Source: a bacterium
Lineage (GTDB): Bacteria; Patescibacteriota; Minisyncoccia; UBA6257; UBA9933
NCBI GenBank assembly: GCA_021796335.1
Contig: JAJYHZ010000001.1
Coordinates: 331,870-395,869 of the forward strand
DNA: 64,000 nt
Reading direction: 5' to 3'
Shown piece after piece: positions 40,030 to 49,416 of this stretch (within the stretch, counting starts at the first letter, position 1; each line of letters starts with the position of its first letter). The notes under the pieces were generated by a model. The model was not told the origin of the DNA. It worked only from the letters and a program-made list of their open reading frames with translations, and did not search any database. The position numbers and the translations under genes were made by a program.

Positions 40030-40836
40030 CTAGTCAGTGCTCATATCCAAAATTTTCCCGAAAAATTCTTTTTGCTGCTCCTTAAAATTATCCTTTATGA
40101 CTTCCTTTACCAATTCCGCATAAATATGATGTTTTCCGAATCTATTTATTTTTTTCGTGAAAATTTCCCGTTCTTTTTTCTGAACTTCTATTTTGAACTG
40201 CTGGCCGTCGAAAATTTTCTGAATATCAAACGCTTTAAAATCCGCGCCATCTTCGCATCCGTAAGAAATGACTTTGCCGGCGAAATTATTCGCTAAATTT
40301 TTCACCCTCTGATCATCCGTATTCAGAATTGCCAGCCCGTTCCAAGGCAACGCCTTGATTAGTTTTCCGTATTCCGCCGCAATCTCGTCCAAACTCTCAA
40401 AATTTTCCCTGTAAATAGCTGTAATTCCGTTTAAAATAACCGCGTTCGGCCTGACAATGCTTAACAAATAATCCATATCGTCCGGATGGTCGATTGCCAT
40501 TTCCAAAATCAAATAATCCGGAGATTTCTTTTTCTTTGAGGGAATCACTGATTTTAATCCTTTCCATAATATTTTAATCCATTTTTCGAAATCTTTTTCC
40601 GCTCCCGGCAATCCCAAAATAGAAAGCGGCAATCCGATTTCCGCGTTAAAATTTTTCTTATTTGCGCCGAACGAAAAGCTGCGTTCTTTTAAAGCTTCTA
40701 TTATTTTGTCTTTCAGCCAAATTCTTCCCGTTGTCCCGCTGATTACAATTACGTACGGTTTGTTTTCCGCCAAATAAATTTTGGCCAGCCACTTAAGTTT
40801 AAATTGAACTATTTTTTTAAGTGAATTATTAATCAT
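40030..40836 (-). CDS. Mur ligase family protein, truncated (central/C-terminal domains only)
   Basis: VIVISGTTGR P-loop-like Mur ligase middle domain; 268 aa is short for MurC-F. Confidence 0.45.
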   Translation of the reverse strand: MINNSLKKIVQFKLKWLAKIYLAENKPYVIVISGTTGRIWLKDKIIEALKERSFSFGANKKNFNAEIGLPLSILGLPGAEKDFEKWIKILWKGLKSVIPSKKKKSPDYLILEMAIDHPDDMDYLLSIVRPNAVILNGITAIYRENFESLDEIAAEYGKLIKALPWNGLAILNTDDQRVKNLANNFAGKVISYGCEDGADFKAFDIQKIFDGQQFKIEVQKKEREIFTKKINRFGKHHIYAELVKEVIKDNFKEQQKEFFGKILDMSTD

Positions 40837-40857
40837 TATAATTTTGCCTTTTTGATT

Positions 40858-42096
40858 TTAATTTAAGGTATGTACTTTAACTTTTTTTGGTATAATTTTT
40901 AAAATTGGCTTTGGTTGGCTCTCAAAATATGCTTTTATCCGCCTGAATGCTTCGTCAATATCTTCCTTTGATCTGCCGAAAGAAACCCGAAAATGGCCTT
41001 CTCCGCTCGGACCGAAAGCCACTCCCGGCACCACAGCCACGTGCGCTTTTTCCAATAAGTCCAGAGCAAACTCCCAAGAATTTTTATTTCCCAAAATCTT
41101 CGGAAAGACAAAATATGAGCTGTTTGGTTTTTGATATGACAAATACTCCGATAAATCATCCAAACGCCCGCAAATCAAATTTCTTCTTTCTTCAAATTCT
41201 TTACTGAATTTTTTAACTTCTTCTCCTCCGAAATCCAAAGCAGCCATAGCCGCGTATTGCGAAATTACGGGCGCGCAAGTTACCAAAGAATCGTGCACTT
41301 TTAAAATTTCTTTCACAATTTCTTCATTGCTATGAAGAAATCCGGCTCGCCATCCTGTCATAGCGTATGCTTTTGACAAGCTGAAGAACCGGATGACAAT
41401 ATTCCTGTATTCCGGCATCTGCGCCAAACTAAACAACTTATAATTCGCGGATTCGGATGCTATTTGCAGGGGATCGCTATATATGAAATCCTTGTAGACC
41501 TCGTCGCTTAGAATGAAAAATTTCTTCTTCAAGGCCAGTATAGCTATTCTCAGCAAATCCTCTTTCGGATAAACAGTCCCGGTTGGATTATTGGGGTTAC
41601 AGAATAAAATCGCCGCCGTTCTGGAATTTATTTTTCTCTCAAGACTGTCAAAATCGATACCCCATCCTTCACTTTCTAGCAAATTGACAAAAACCGGCTT
41701 ACCGCCGGCCACTTTCACCGCCTCTGCATAAGAAGTATAACTTGGAGAAAATATAATTACCTCATCTTTTTTTTGATCAATTAAGGCAATCAACGAAGCT
41801 GTAATTCCCTCGATTGATCCGGCAGTCACAATGATTTCCTTTTCAAAATCATAATACATTCCTTCTTGCGCCAACGCATATTCTATGGATTCCCTCAATT
41901 CCGGCAAACCCATTGTTAAAGAATACTTCGCAACGCTTCCTTTGTTTAACGCTTTAATAGCCGCCTTTTTAACCACTTCCGGCGTATCGAACGAAGGAAT
42001 TCCCTGCGCCAATGAAACCACGTCCGGAATTTTTGAAGCCAAAATCTCGATTTGTTTGATGGGAGAAAGATTTATTTTCTGAGTTCGCGAAAACAT
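40858..42096 (-). CDS. Pyridoxal-phosphate-dependent aminotransferase, class I/II (aspartate/aromatic-type)
   Basis: SLAQGIPSFDTP, NPNNPTG, SLSKAYAMTGWRAG (Lys-PLP). Confidence 0.85.
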   Translation of the reverse strand: MFSRTQKINLSPIKQIEILASKIPDVVSLAQGIPSFDTPEVVKKAAIKALNKGSVAKYSLTMGLPELRESIEYALAQEGMYYDFEKEIIVTAGSIEGITASLIALIDQKKDEVIIFSPSYTSYAEAVKVAGGKPVFVNLLESEGWGIDFDSLERKINSRTAAILFCNPNNPTGTVYPKEDLLRIAILALKKKFFILSDEVYKDFIYSDPLQIASESANYKLFSLAQMPEYRNIVIRFFSLSKAYAMTGWRAGFLHSNEEIVKEILKVHDSLVTCAPVISQYAAMAALDFGGEEVKKFSKEFEERRNLICGRLDDLSEYLSYQKPNSSYFVFPKILGNKNSWEFALDLLEKAHVAVVPGVAFGPSGEGHFRVSFGRSKEDIDEAFRRIKAYFESQPKPILKIIPKKVKVHTLN

Positions 42097-42140
42097 TTAA
42101 GTAAAAATTTAATTTATCATAGCAAAATTACTTTTATTCT

Positions 42141-42632
42141 TCAATCACCGCCTTCATCTCCATAATTTTTCGGAATTACGAGATTATTTGAATTAGAGCT
42201 AGTTGCGTTATTTTTTTGAAGTTGTTGTTTATTGATTATTTGATTCAAATCACCGACCAAATATGCCGCCAGCAAATTGTCTGCATAACTTGAATGAGGC
42301 CCGCCCTTACCTCCCTTTGTGTTAAAGGCTTGCGTAGCATCTTGGCCGCAATACGGCAACATTGATTGCACTCCTCCTGGGTGGATTGGCAGATAACTCG
42401 TTACATCATAGATTTTATTGCCAATTATCATCCAACAACTATTTTCGGAATTGTGTTTCGCGACTTCTTTTAAATTTAAAGTTATCTGCCCCAAGTTTTG
42501 AATTGTGGTTGTAGGCACTCCTCCGCCCGGCGAAATATTTGAAACCGGCGCGTTTCTGCCAAGCCCCAAAATGGCTATTGCGATAACTGCCGTCCAAAAT
42601 ATTATCAGCGATATTCCAATCAATTTTTTCAT
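42141..42632 (-). CDS. Membrane-anchored cytochrome b5-like heme-binding protein
   Basis: H-P-G-G motif (YLPIHPGGVQSM) and second His region; N-terminal TM; 4-nt overlap with the upstream reductase gene. Confidence 0.7.
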   Translation of the reverse strand: MKKLIGISLIIFWTAVIAIAILGLGRNAPVSNISPGGGVPTTTIQNLGQITLNLKEVAKHNSENSCWMIIGNKIYDVTSYLPIHPGGVQSMLPYCGQDATQAFNTKGGKGGPHSSYADNLLAAYLVGDLNQIINKQQLQKNNATSSNSNNLVIPKNYGDEGGD

Positions 42633-43924
42633 AAATTAAATTTTTCAAAATGAATATTCTCTGCAGGAACTCCATAACTTAAAAATTGGCTTTTTAAATC
42701 TTCCATCATCGGTCCGGGCCCGCAAAGAAAGATTTCTTTGCTTTTTACCTCTTTTATTTCGTTTATTGATCTACAGCTGATTTTACCCTGATCGCTGGAA
42801 CACCATGAAAACACCCGGAATTTTTCATTTGTTTTGGCAATTTTAAAAAACTCATCCAAAAAAATTGCATCTTTTCCGCCTTTAAAACTGTAGAAAAAAT
42901 CCACATTAAATTCGTTTTTATTTAAACTCCTGGCCATACTTAAGAACGGTGTTATCCCGATTCCTCCCGCCACCCAAATTTCATCCGCCTTACCGCTTGC
43001 TATTGAAAACTGTCCGTAAGGACCTTCTATTTCAGCCGCCATTCCTTCTTTTAAATCCTTATTTAAGACAGCTGTGTAATCCCCCAAAACCTTAATAGCC
43101 AACTTTAAAGATTTATCGAATATTCCCGAAGAAATTGAAAAAGGATGCGCTTCGGAAGCTATTCCTTCTCCTTTAAATTTTACAAAAATAAATTGCCCCG
43201 GAGAAAATTTTAACGATTCATTTTGCGGCAATAATTCAACTTCTATGACATCATCTGCCAAATGAGTTACTTTTGAAACAACGTATTCTAATTTTCTTTT
43301 AGTCAACCTCTCATTCGCAATTTTATATCCCGTTAAAAGCAAAGCTATAATCGCCAATCCCAAAATATAAATCCTTAAAAATTGATCGTAGAAAATGCTG
43401 CTTGGTATCAAAAAAGAATGAAGTCCGCCAAAAAATAATGCCAAAGGCAAAATACTGTGAGTCGTTTTCCAAACCTGGTACGAAATTTTATCTTTCACAA
43501 AGAAAGTCAGATAAAGCAAAATCATCATCAAGCCCAATCCAATTATTCCCAGTAACACAGGGAAATCATTCGTGAAAAATAACGAAGCGGCATTTGCCCA
43601 TGAAATCCGGGCATATCTTACCACCAAAAGCAAGGGATGAAATATCAGCAAAGTAAAAGCCGCCCCTCCCAAAATGTGGTGATTGGCATAGGCATTATCC
43701 AATCCGCCAAAAGCTTTATCTAGCCATTTTGACCGATTGCTTAAAATCAAGGCGACTGAAAATAAAACCATTCCTGCCAGCCCCGACATTTGCCCGAAAC
43801 TTGTTGAAATTAATCCCAAATCAACGAATTTGTTTGCGGGCGCGATTACAAACCAACGCAAGAGCGGAATTATCGTTAATATAAAAATTAAAAGCAAACT
43901 CCGATTGCTTTTTTTCTTAAACAT
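42629..43924 (-). CDS. NOX/FRE-family ferric reductase-like transmembrane flavocytochrome (bis-heme TM domain + FAD/NAD(P)H-binding FNR domain)
   Basis: TM His pairs (ANHHILGG..FHPLL; THSILP..LHSFL), HPFSISS (FAD), GGIGITPFLSM (NAD). Confidence 0.75.
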   Translation of the reverse strand: MFKKKSNRSLLLIFILTIIPLLRWFVIAPANKFVDLGLISTSFGQMSGLAGMVLFSVALILSNRSKWLDKAFGGLDNAYANHHILGGAAFTLLIFHPLLLVVRYARISWANAASLFFTNDFPVLLGIIGLGLMMILLYLTFFVKDKISYQVWKTTHSILPLALFFGGLHSFLIPSSIFYDQFLRIYILGLAIIALLLTGYKIANERLTKRKLEYVVSKVTHLADDVIEVELLPQNESLKFSPGQFIFVKFKGEGIASEAHPFSISSGIFDKSLKLAIKVLGDYTAVLNKDLKEGMAAEIEGPYGQFSIASGKADEIWVAGGIGITPFLSMARSLNKNEFNVDFFYSFKGGKDAIFLDEFFKIAKTNEKFRVFSWCSSDQGKISCRSINEIKEVKSKEIFLCGPGPMMEDLKSQFLSYGVPAENIHFEKFNL

Positions 43925-43941
43925 TAAAAAAATACAAGAGT

Positions 43942-44402
43942 TTAAATTATTTGATAATAGTCTTCCTTTTCAGTCACCAAATCAAGGCGCAGATATCTTA
44001 ACCAGTTTGGCTTAACCTTGAAAACCGCGAAATCTTTTCCTTCTAATTTTAAAAACGGACCGTAGTAAAGATTCTTCAGATCGGGATCAATGGTTATTTT
44101 GTCCAAATAAGGCAAACCCTCTCCTTTCAGCCATTCCGCCTCGCCGTTTAATTGAACCGTGCCCGGCGCAAGTTCCGTTCCTATCACCATGGCAATGTTT
44201 TTGTTATTTTGCAAATTTTTAAACTTTCTGGTCCTTTGTCTGGTTATGAAATAAAAATTCAAATCATCATCGAAAAAAACATTGTAATCGCTCCGTTCGC
44301 TCTGCCGTCTTCTGAGACAGTGGAAAGCGCCGCCAATTTATGCGCCTTTAAGAAACTAATCAATTCTTCCTTTAAAGCCTGTTTGTCATAATTTTCTTCC
44401 AT
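43942..44402 (-). pseudogene. PNPOx-like FMN-binding split-barrel protein, frameshifted at an A7 homopolymer (44273-44279)
   Basis: N-terminal 47-aa ORF (MEENYDKQALKEELISFLKAHKLAALSTVSEDGRANGAITMFF...) continues in the +1 frame as the 43942..44262 ORF; the joined sequence matches the family pattern LATV.EDGRP...F..DD..iYF.T....K..NL..N..v. Confidence 0.55.
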
Positions 44403-44452
44403 GAATCAATTATACAATAAATTTTAAAATTAAAAACAAGACAAGGGATTAG

Positions 44453-44758
44453 TTAACCGACCTGCAGAAAAACAACTCCGGCAATAATCAAAACAATTCC
44501 GGTGATATTCCAAAAAGATATCTGTTCATGCCATGATAGATATCCGATTAAGAAAGCAAGGCTGTTCGTTACAGCCGTGGCGATAAACCAAATTACGATA
44601 AATCTTGGCGCCGTCGCGTAGCTCCATAAAAACAAGAATTGAAATATTAAAATAAGCGGGATCGCATAAATAAAATCATTCAAAAAATTCCCCCGCAAAA
44701 AATAAATAGTCCCGATTTGCAACAAGGCCGCAACGATTATCGCAAAAATGTAAATCAT
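44453..44758 (-). CDS. Small 4-TM membrane protein (SMR/EamA-half-like)
   Basis: 101 aa, 4 hydrophobic helices; sits immediately 3' of the GT4 gene. Confidence 0.4.
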   Translation of the reverse strand: MIYIFAIIVAALLQIGTIYFLRGNFLNDFIYAIPLILIFQFLFLWSYATAPRFIVIWFIATAVTNSLAFLIGYLSWHEQISFWNITGIVLIIAGVVFLQVG

Positions 44759-44764
44759 AATATT

Positions 44765-46039
44765 TTATTTGCTCTTAAAACAGGATTGATAAATTTTTAA
44801 ATGGTCCAAAACCAGGCGCGGAAATAAAAATTTTTTGATTACGGTTTTCTTAGCCGTCTCTCCCATTTTTTTCTTTTTTGCCGGATCTGCCAAAAAAAGA
44901 TTGATTCTTTCCGCAAGATCGGCGGGCGTTTCCGCGATAAAACCGTTTTCCCCGTCAGTAATTTGCTTGCGGATTCCAGACGCCGGCCCTCCAATTACCG
45001 GCTGGCCTTTCCACATTGCTTCCACAACCGTTAATCCAAATCCTTCTTTTATCGAATTCTGCACGATGACATCCGCGCCGTTTTGCGCCATAATCGTAAA
45101 TTCCTCGACATTCTTTCCTTTAGGATCGAAAAAAATGTAGATATCTTCCGATTTTTTGGCAACCGCTTCGATATCTTTATAAATAACTGCCGCTGCCGGA
45201 TTATCTTTTGCCTTGTTAAAACCGACCAAAACCAGCCGTGCTTCGGGATGCGTGCTTTGTACCAGCCGAAACGCCTGTATGACCCCCAGCGGATTTTTCC
45301 AAATGTCAAAGCGCGATATTTGGGCTACAAGCGGATAATCCGCTGGTATGCCACCTTGTTTTTTTAAATAGCGCCGTGCTTCTTTTTTGGAAACGATTTT
45401 TTGTTTTGGCGATAACGGATCGATTGCCGGCGTAAAAATTTTCAGCTTCGAATGCGGCAAATCACCGTTCACAAACTCGCTGTTACTGAAAACAATTCTA
45501 TCGTAAACACCGATAGCCGGAAGGATTTTCTCCCAAACCGGTTTAAACGCGGCAGACGTATCAATATGGCAGAAAAAAATTTTTTTCTTTTCAAAACCCA
45601 AGTAAGTTCCGGCAAAAAGCGGCTGCGGATCGTTTATAACTATTATGTCGCAGTCGATTTTTTCGATTTCCGCGGCAAGGAGTTTATTAACCCGCTGGTA
45701 CTCCACCCAATCTTTATTGCTGATTTTAACCGGAGCGCCCTGCAAAGCGTTATGGATTTTATTGGTTATATCAAAAAATTTTTTGTCGATTTCCGGATTT
45801 ATGGAATACCAATCGCTTTGGATTCCCAATGAGCGAAAATACGGAATCAGGCTCTTGAGCAATTCCGCCACTCCTCCGCCAACGCCCGTGGCGTTTATAT
45901 GAACCACCCGTTTGCCCTTTAAAAAAGAAGCTCTCGTCAGCAATTCTTTTTTTTGTTTTTCCGTCAAAAATTTCAGAAAATCCGCCGGATGAATTTGTCT
46001 TGAGACAATGATTTTTTTAAGCACCTTTTCTCCTGTCAT
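44765..46039 (-). CDS. GT4 family glycosyltransferase (TreT/sucrose-synthase-like retaining GT-B)
   Basis: HINATGVGGGVAELL N-terminal motif, C-terminal E..K region (KEGFGLTVVEAMWKGQPVI). Confidence 0.7.
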   Translation of the reverse strand: MTGEKVLKKIIVSRQIHPADFLKFLTEKQKKELLTRASFLKGKRVVHINATGVGGGVAELLKSLIPYFRSLGIQSDWYSINPEIDKKFFDITNKIHNALQGAPVKISNKDWVEYQRVNKLLAAEIEKIDCDIIVINDPQPLFAGTYLGFEKKKIFFCHIDTSAAFKPVWEKILPAIGVYDRIVFSNSEFVNGDLPHSKLKIFTPAIDPLSPKQKIVSKKEARRYLKKQGGIPADYPLVAQISRFDIWKNPLGVIQAFRLVQSTHPEARLVLVGFNKAKDNPAAAVIYKDIEAVAKKSEDIYIFFDPKGKNVEEFTIMAQNGADVIVQNSIKEGFGLTVVEAMWKGQPVIGGPASGIRKQITDGENGFIAETPADLAERINLFLADPAKKKKMGETAKKTVIKKFLFPRLVLDHLKIYQSCFKSK

Positions 46040-46061
46040 GCTTACAAATTCCTGTTAACGA

Positions 46062-46757
46062 TTAAACCGTTTTTTCTTTCTCCGCTTCCTGAACATTTAT
46101 CGCTTTTTCAACCGCCTTTTGCGTTTTTTGGAATCCCAATAGCGAAAAAACCACCAGGCTGCCCAGAACTATTCCGACTAAATTAAATATAAAAATTACA
46201 AAAGCCAGCCGGCTGGTCACCAGATTAAAAGAACTCAAACTGATTCCCAAAGCGGAGAGCGGCGGGACCAGAGAAACCGCGATGGCTATTCCCGGCAGGA
46301 TATCAATAATGTCTTTTCTTGACCAGGCGAAAGTTGCGGCCATGCCCGAAGCGATTGCCACAAAAAAATATAAAATCGCCACACGCAGGGAATTATCAAA
46401 AATTGAAATTGTCTGCGGACTGCCGAATAAAATCGCCAGCAGAAATGAAACCACCACGACCGCCAAGGCAGATTTTAAAATCAAAACAGTCGGAGCCTTC
46501 AGCGCCTTGAATTCCCCCACTATTATTCCCAGCGCGATTACCAAAATGGGAGTCAAAAGCGGCGCTACCAGCATCCCGCCGATTACGATTGTCGAATTTC
46601 CCAAAAGCAGCCCGCAAGCGACTATAAGAGAAGACAAAATCAATAAAGTGTAGTAAATCGAATTGGGTTGGCTTTTTTTGAATAATTCCTCGACAGTGGC
46701 ATACTGATCAGTTTTTTTTATCTCCAAAATTTTTAAACTGTTTTTTTCGTTCGCCAT
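46062..46757 (-). CDS. DUF389-like multi-TM membrane protein
   Basis: 6-7 TM with LVAPLLTPI-type motif. Confidence 0.45.
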   Translation of the reverse strand: MANEKNSLKILEIKKTDQYATVEELFKKSQPNSIYYTLLILSSLIVACGLLLGNSTIVIGGMLVAPLLTPILVIALGIIVGEFKALKAPTVLILKSALAVVVVSFLLAILFGSPQTISIFDNSLRVAILYFFVAIASGMAATFAWSRKDIIDILPGIAIAVSLVPPLSALGISLSSFNLVTSRLAFVIFIFNLVGIVLGSLVVFSLLGFQKTQKAVEKAINVQEAEKEKTV

Positions 46758-46817
46758 AATCCCATTTTATTTAAAGCAGCGCCGTAAATCAAACTAACAA
46801 AAAATCCCGAAAATAAA

Positions 46818-48053
46818 TTACTGTGTTGGACCGACGATAAAATGCACCAGATAGTTTGGTTGACTGGTAGTCGCGTTCTGCGCGCTTAAATCTATCTGGC
46901 CCTGCCCGTCAAACTCATAATAATATGACCAGCAGTTTGCAGTAGCCTGGTATGCCTGGCCATAAGGGCCGGCATTAGAAATCCAGGTTGAAGTCGCATT
47001 ACCGCTTACTGTTTTGAATTGCAAATTATTGTTTTTGTCCGGAAAGTCGTTTTTCGGCAAGTTAATGAAAAGCCGCGTCGTCTCCGGAATGTTTTGCGTG
47101 GAACCGTTGGAAATTCCCCCGCAAACCAAAATTTTCGTATCGCTTGATATATTGGAAAACTGCGGAAGAATTTGTAAAGGATTATTTGACAAAATTTGTT
47201 CCACCTCCTGATAACCCGGCAAAAACGCGTAATTGTATCTCGCCGGCAAAGCAAAAATATAACTGGAATTATAGCCCAGCAAAGAAGGATTTATCGGCGC
47301 CGCTCCGATATGAAATTGATTTTGAAGTAAAGCATCCCACTGATCCGGAGTAAAAATCATTATCGGAATATCCTGGTAAGGATTTTGCGAAGTCCACTGC
47401 GGATTTCTGATTAGAATTTCCGTTCCTGTTGCGAAAGGAATATCTCCCGTCGGACCGCTGGTATAACCTTCCCATGCGCTGGTTGTAGTCGTAAAGCCGT
47501 TCCAATCCTGCGGCAAAGCAAAGCTGAATCCGTATTGATTGTCCACGTAATCAACCGGCCCTTGCGCTTGCGCCTGCGGTGGCGGATAACCGGAAAAACT
47601 TGTTATAAGCCATACATTGTTAACGTATCCGACTGTTGATTTTATCGGATATTCGCCGCTGTTTCCTCCGGTTGCCAAATTTTGGCTCGACATCTCTATT
47701 ACATCGCCGTCCACCTCATAAGAATTATTTCCGATTTTTTGAATCGCGGTTATTTGAATGCTGTCAGGCCATGGACTGGAAACCAACCTGCCCGGCGCTT
47801 GCGACGGATTATTTTCCCACTGCGCCAACAAAGCCGGCGCCGCGTAATTTTTATAAGTACTGTCCATCTCCGAAATCGCGTTCGGATCCAACAAAGAAAC
47901 ATTTTTTAAAACACTGCCAAAATTTTCCACCGCATTTTTTACCGCCGCCTCGTTCGCCTGCTCTCTTTGAACCGCCTTATGCTGATACCAAAAATACGCC
48001 CCCGCTCCCCCGACTACAATAATAATTGATATTGCAATAAATATTTTTTTCAT
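46818..48053 (-). CDS. Large secreted/membrane-anchored hypothetical protein (Q/N/G/T-rich)
   Basis: 411-aa ORF with signal anchor and no recognised domain. Confidence 0.4.
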   Translation of the reverse strand: MKKIFIAISIIIVVGGAGAYFWYQHKAVQREQANEAAVKNAVENFGSVLKNVSLLDPNAISEMDSTYKNYAAPALLAQWENNPSQAPGRLVSSPWPDSIQITAIQKIGNNSYEVDGDVIEMSSQNLATGGNSGEYPIKSTVGYVNNVWLITSFSGYPPPQAQAQGPVDYVDNQYGFSFALPQDWNGFTTTTSAWEGYTSGPTGDIPFATGTEILIRNPQWTSQNPYQDIPIMIFTPDQWDALLQNQFHIGAAPINPSLLGYNSSYIFALPARYNYAFLPGYQEVEQILSNNPLQILPQFSNISSDTKILVCGGISNGSTQNIPETTRLFINLPKNDFPDKNNNLQFKTVSGNATSTWISNAGPYGQAYQATANCWSYYYEFDGQGQIDLSAQNATTSQPNYLVHFIVGPTQ

Positions 48054-48117
48054 TTAGGTTAGACTCCATTCAGTTGTACTAATGATACCAAAAAATTCGG
48101 AGTTGGTTAATTCAAGA

Positions 48118-48765
48118 TTAAAAAAATCTAGAAAGAGATTTTGTAATTACATCTATATTATTTTTTTGGCAATATGATTTTATATCGTTTTCAAAACACT
48201 CAGATTTTGTTTTTATGTTTTTTATAGGAGGCGGAATTAAATCGATGCTATAAACAAAATAAATAGAACCATCTTTGCCATCTAATTGCTTAATTCCTTT
48301 ATTTATCATTTCTTTTGCTTTGCTAATTAATCGTTTATAATTCTCTTCATCATTTTCCAAAAAAAACTCAAACGATCCTGCTGAGCTACCCTCAAGTATG
48401 CCACCCTGCTCCCGCATCTTTTTAATTAAATTTTTCTTAACATCACTATTATTTAAATTTTTTACTTCAATATATTTTTTAGTTTTTTCTAAAAAAATAT
48501 CTGGTCCTGAATTTTTATCAGATAAAAAAACTGGCTTATCACTTCCATATTCAGCGGCAACTAAGATTTCCGCCAATTTATCAATTAATTGATTAATATT
48601 TTTTATATTTTCAAATTTATTACGAAGTAAATTTAATTGATCCTCATTTAAATGGCTTAAATTTTTATTAACTCTATTTATCCAATTCTGATACATGCTT
48701 TGGTCATCCCGATTTATCCAATCTTTAGCAGCTTGACATTTGTTTAACACATTTAAAATATCCAT
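48118..48765 (-). CDS. Hypothetical protein, very AT-rich gene at the left edge of the accessory island
   Basis: 215-aa ORF with GC visibly below neighbours; its start codon abuts the recombinase-remnant frame. Confidence 0.4.
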   Translation of the reverse strand: MDILNVLNKCQAAKDWINRDDQSMYQNWINRVNKNLSHLNEDQLNLLRNKFENIKNINQLIDKLAEILVAAEYGSDKPVFLSDKNSGPDIFLEKTKKYIEVKNLNNSDVKKNLIKKMREQGGILEGSSAGSFEFFLENDEENYKRLISKAKEMINKGIKQLDGKDGSIYFVYSIDLIPPPIKNIKTKSECFENDIKSYCQKNNIDVITKSLSRFF

Positions 48766-48767
48766 AA

Positions 48768-48971
48768 AATATTCTTTATCAAATCAAACTTGAAACTATT
48801 TTTGAAAATAAAGATGACGCGGAAACCGAAATTATAAAGGTTATCACCTCTAAAATATCAGATAATATCGGACAATTTATAGAATTTCTGATAATTTGTC
48901 CTTCTCTGCGGTGTGTATTGGACGAAGTTCGAATGTATTTCGGACAAAATCCGCAGGATTTTGACGAATGA
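48768..48971 (+). pseudogene. Remnant of a large serine recombinase 3' end (no start; homologous to the C-terminus of recombinase 59509..61248)
   Basis: Open frame ...ETIFENKDDAETEIIKVITSKISDNIGQFIEFLIICPSL... aligns with ...ETIFENKNKAETEIIKVITSKISDNIGQFMEFLVNCPSL... of recombinase 2. Confidence 0.5.
48790..48911 (+). repeat. Direct repeat R1a (122 bp, ~88% identical to R1b at 61016-61137)
   Basis: Hand alignment; an identical 43-bp core AAATTATAAAGGTTATCACCTCTAAAATATCAGATAATATCGG. Confidence 0.7.
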
Positions 48972-49118
48972 CACTTGCGCCTCGGCCGCGCTCGACAAGC
49001 TCGCGCGGGGCAAAACCCAAAAATTTCCCATCATTTTTATTTGCGGCTCCCCCCACACCCCCGCCGCGAAGCGGAAAATTTGAAAGGAAGGAAATTTTTG
49101 GTTTTGTCGCCACCACTT
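48907..49118 (-). repeat. Inverted repeat X-A (212 bp; reverse complement of X-B 53758-53970; 1 substitution + 1 G-run indel)
   Basis: Base-by-base comparison of the reverse complement. Confidence 0.8.
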
Positions 49119-49157
49119 CACTCCTCCAAAAAGGCTTATAAGTCATATTAGCATTTT

Positions 49158-49413
49158 TGCCGGTTTTACGCCCGCCTTTTCTCCGTCGTTTGCGTCGGCC
49201 CGAGGCGCTCCCGTCTCCGCGTTTGGTGGTAGTTCGGTAATCCGCTCACACTTTGCAAGCACCTCGCACTGGCCGCTCACATCCGTTCGCGATGCCTGCT
49301 CGGTACTTGCTTCGTGTTCGCTCGGTGGCTTCGGCGGTGTCAGTGGTAGCTCTTTGTGCTTGCCCACCCGCCCAGTGCACGCACAAGCCCGTCCGCTGAC
49401 GCGGGCGGCTCCC
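49158..49413 (-). other. GC-rich (~60% GC) 255-bp non-coding element immediately 3' of the nucleotidyltransferase stop, with short internal direct repeats (CCGCTCACA x2, GCTCGGT x2, GTTCGC x2) and inverted segments; candidate structured RNA or decayed foreign fragment
   Basis: Sharp GC jump versus flanks; no plus-strand ORF; the only ORF (49143..49490, minus) is low-complexity and overlaps the NTase 3' end. Confidence 0.3.
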
Positions 49414-49416
49414 TTA

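Noticed and set aside
48858-49146. ORFs 48858..49121 and 48877..49146 (minus) and 53719..54114 (plus), 53746..54102, 53906..54193 (minus), 55325..55639, 55416..55616
   Set aside because: All lie inside the X/Y repeat copies and mirror one another as reverse complements. They are artefacts of the repeat sequence, not independent genes.
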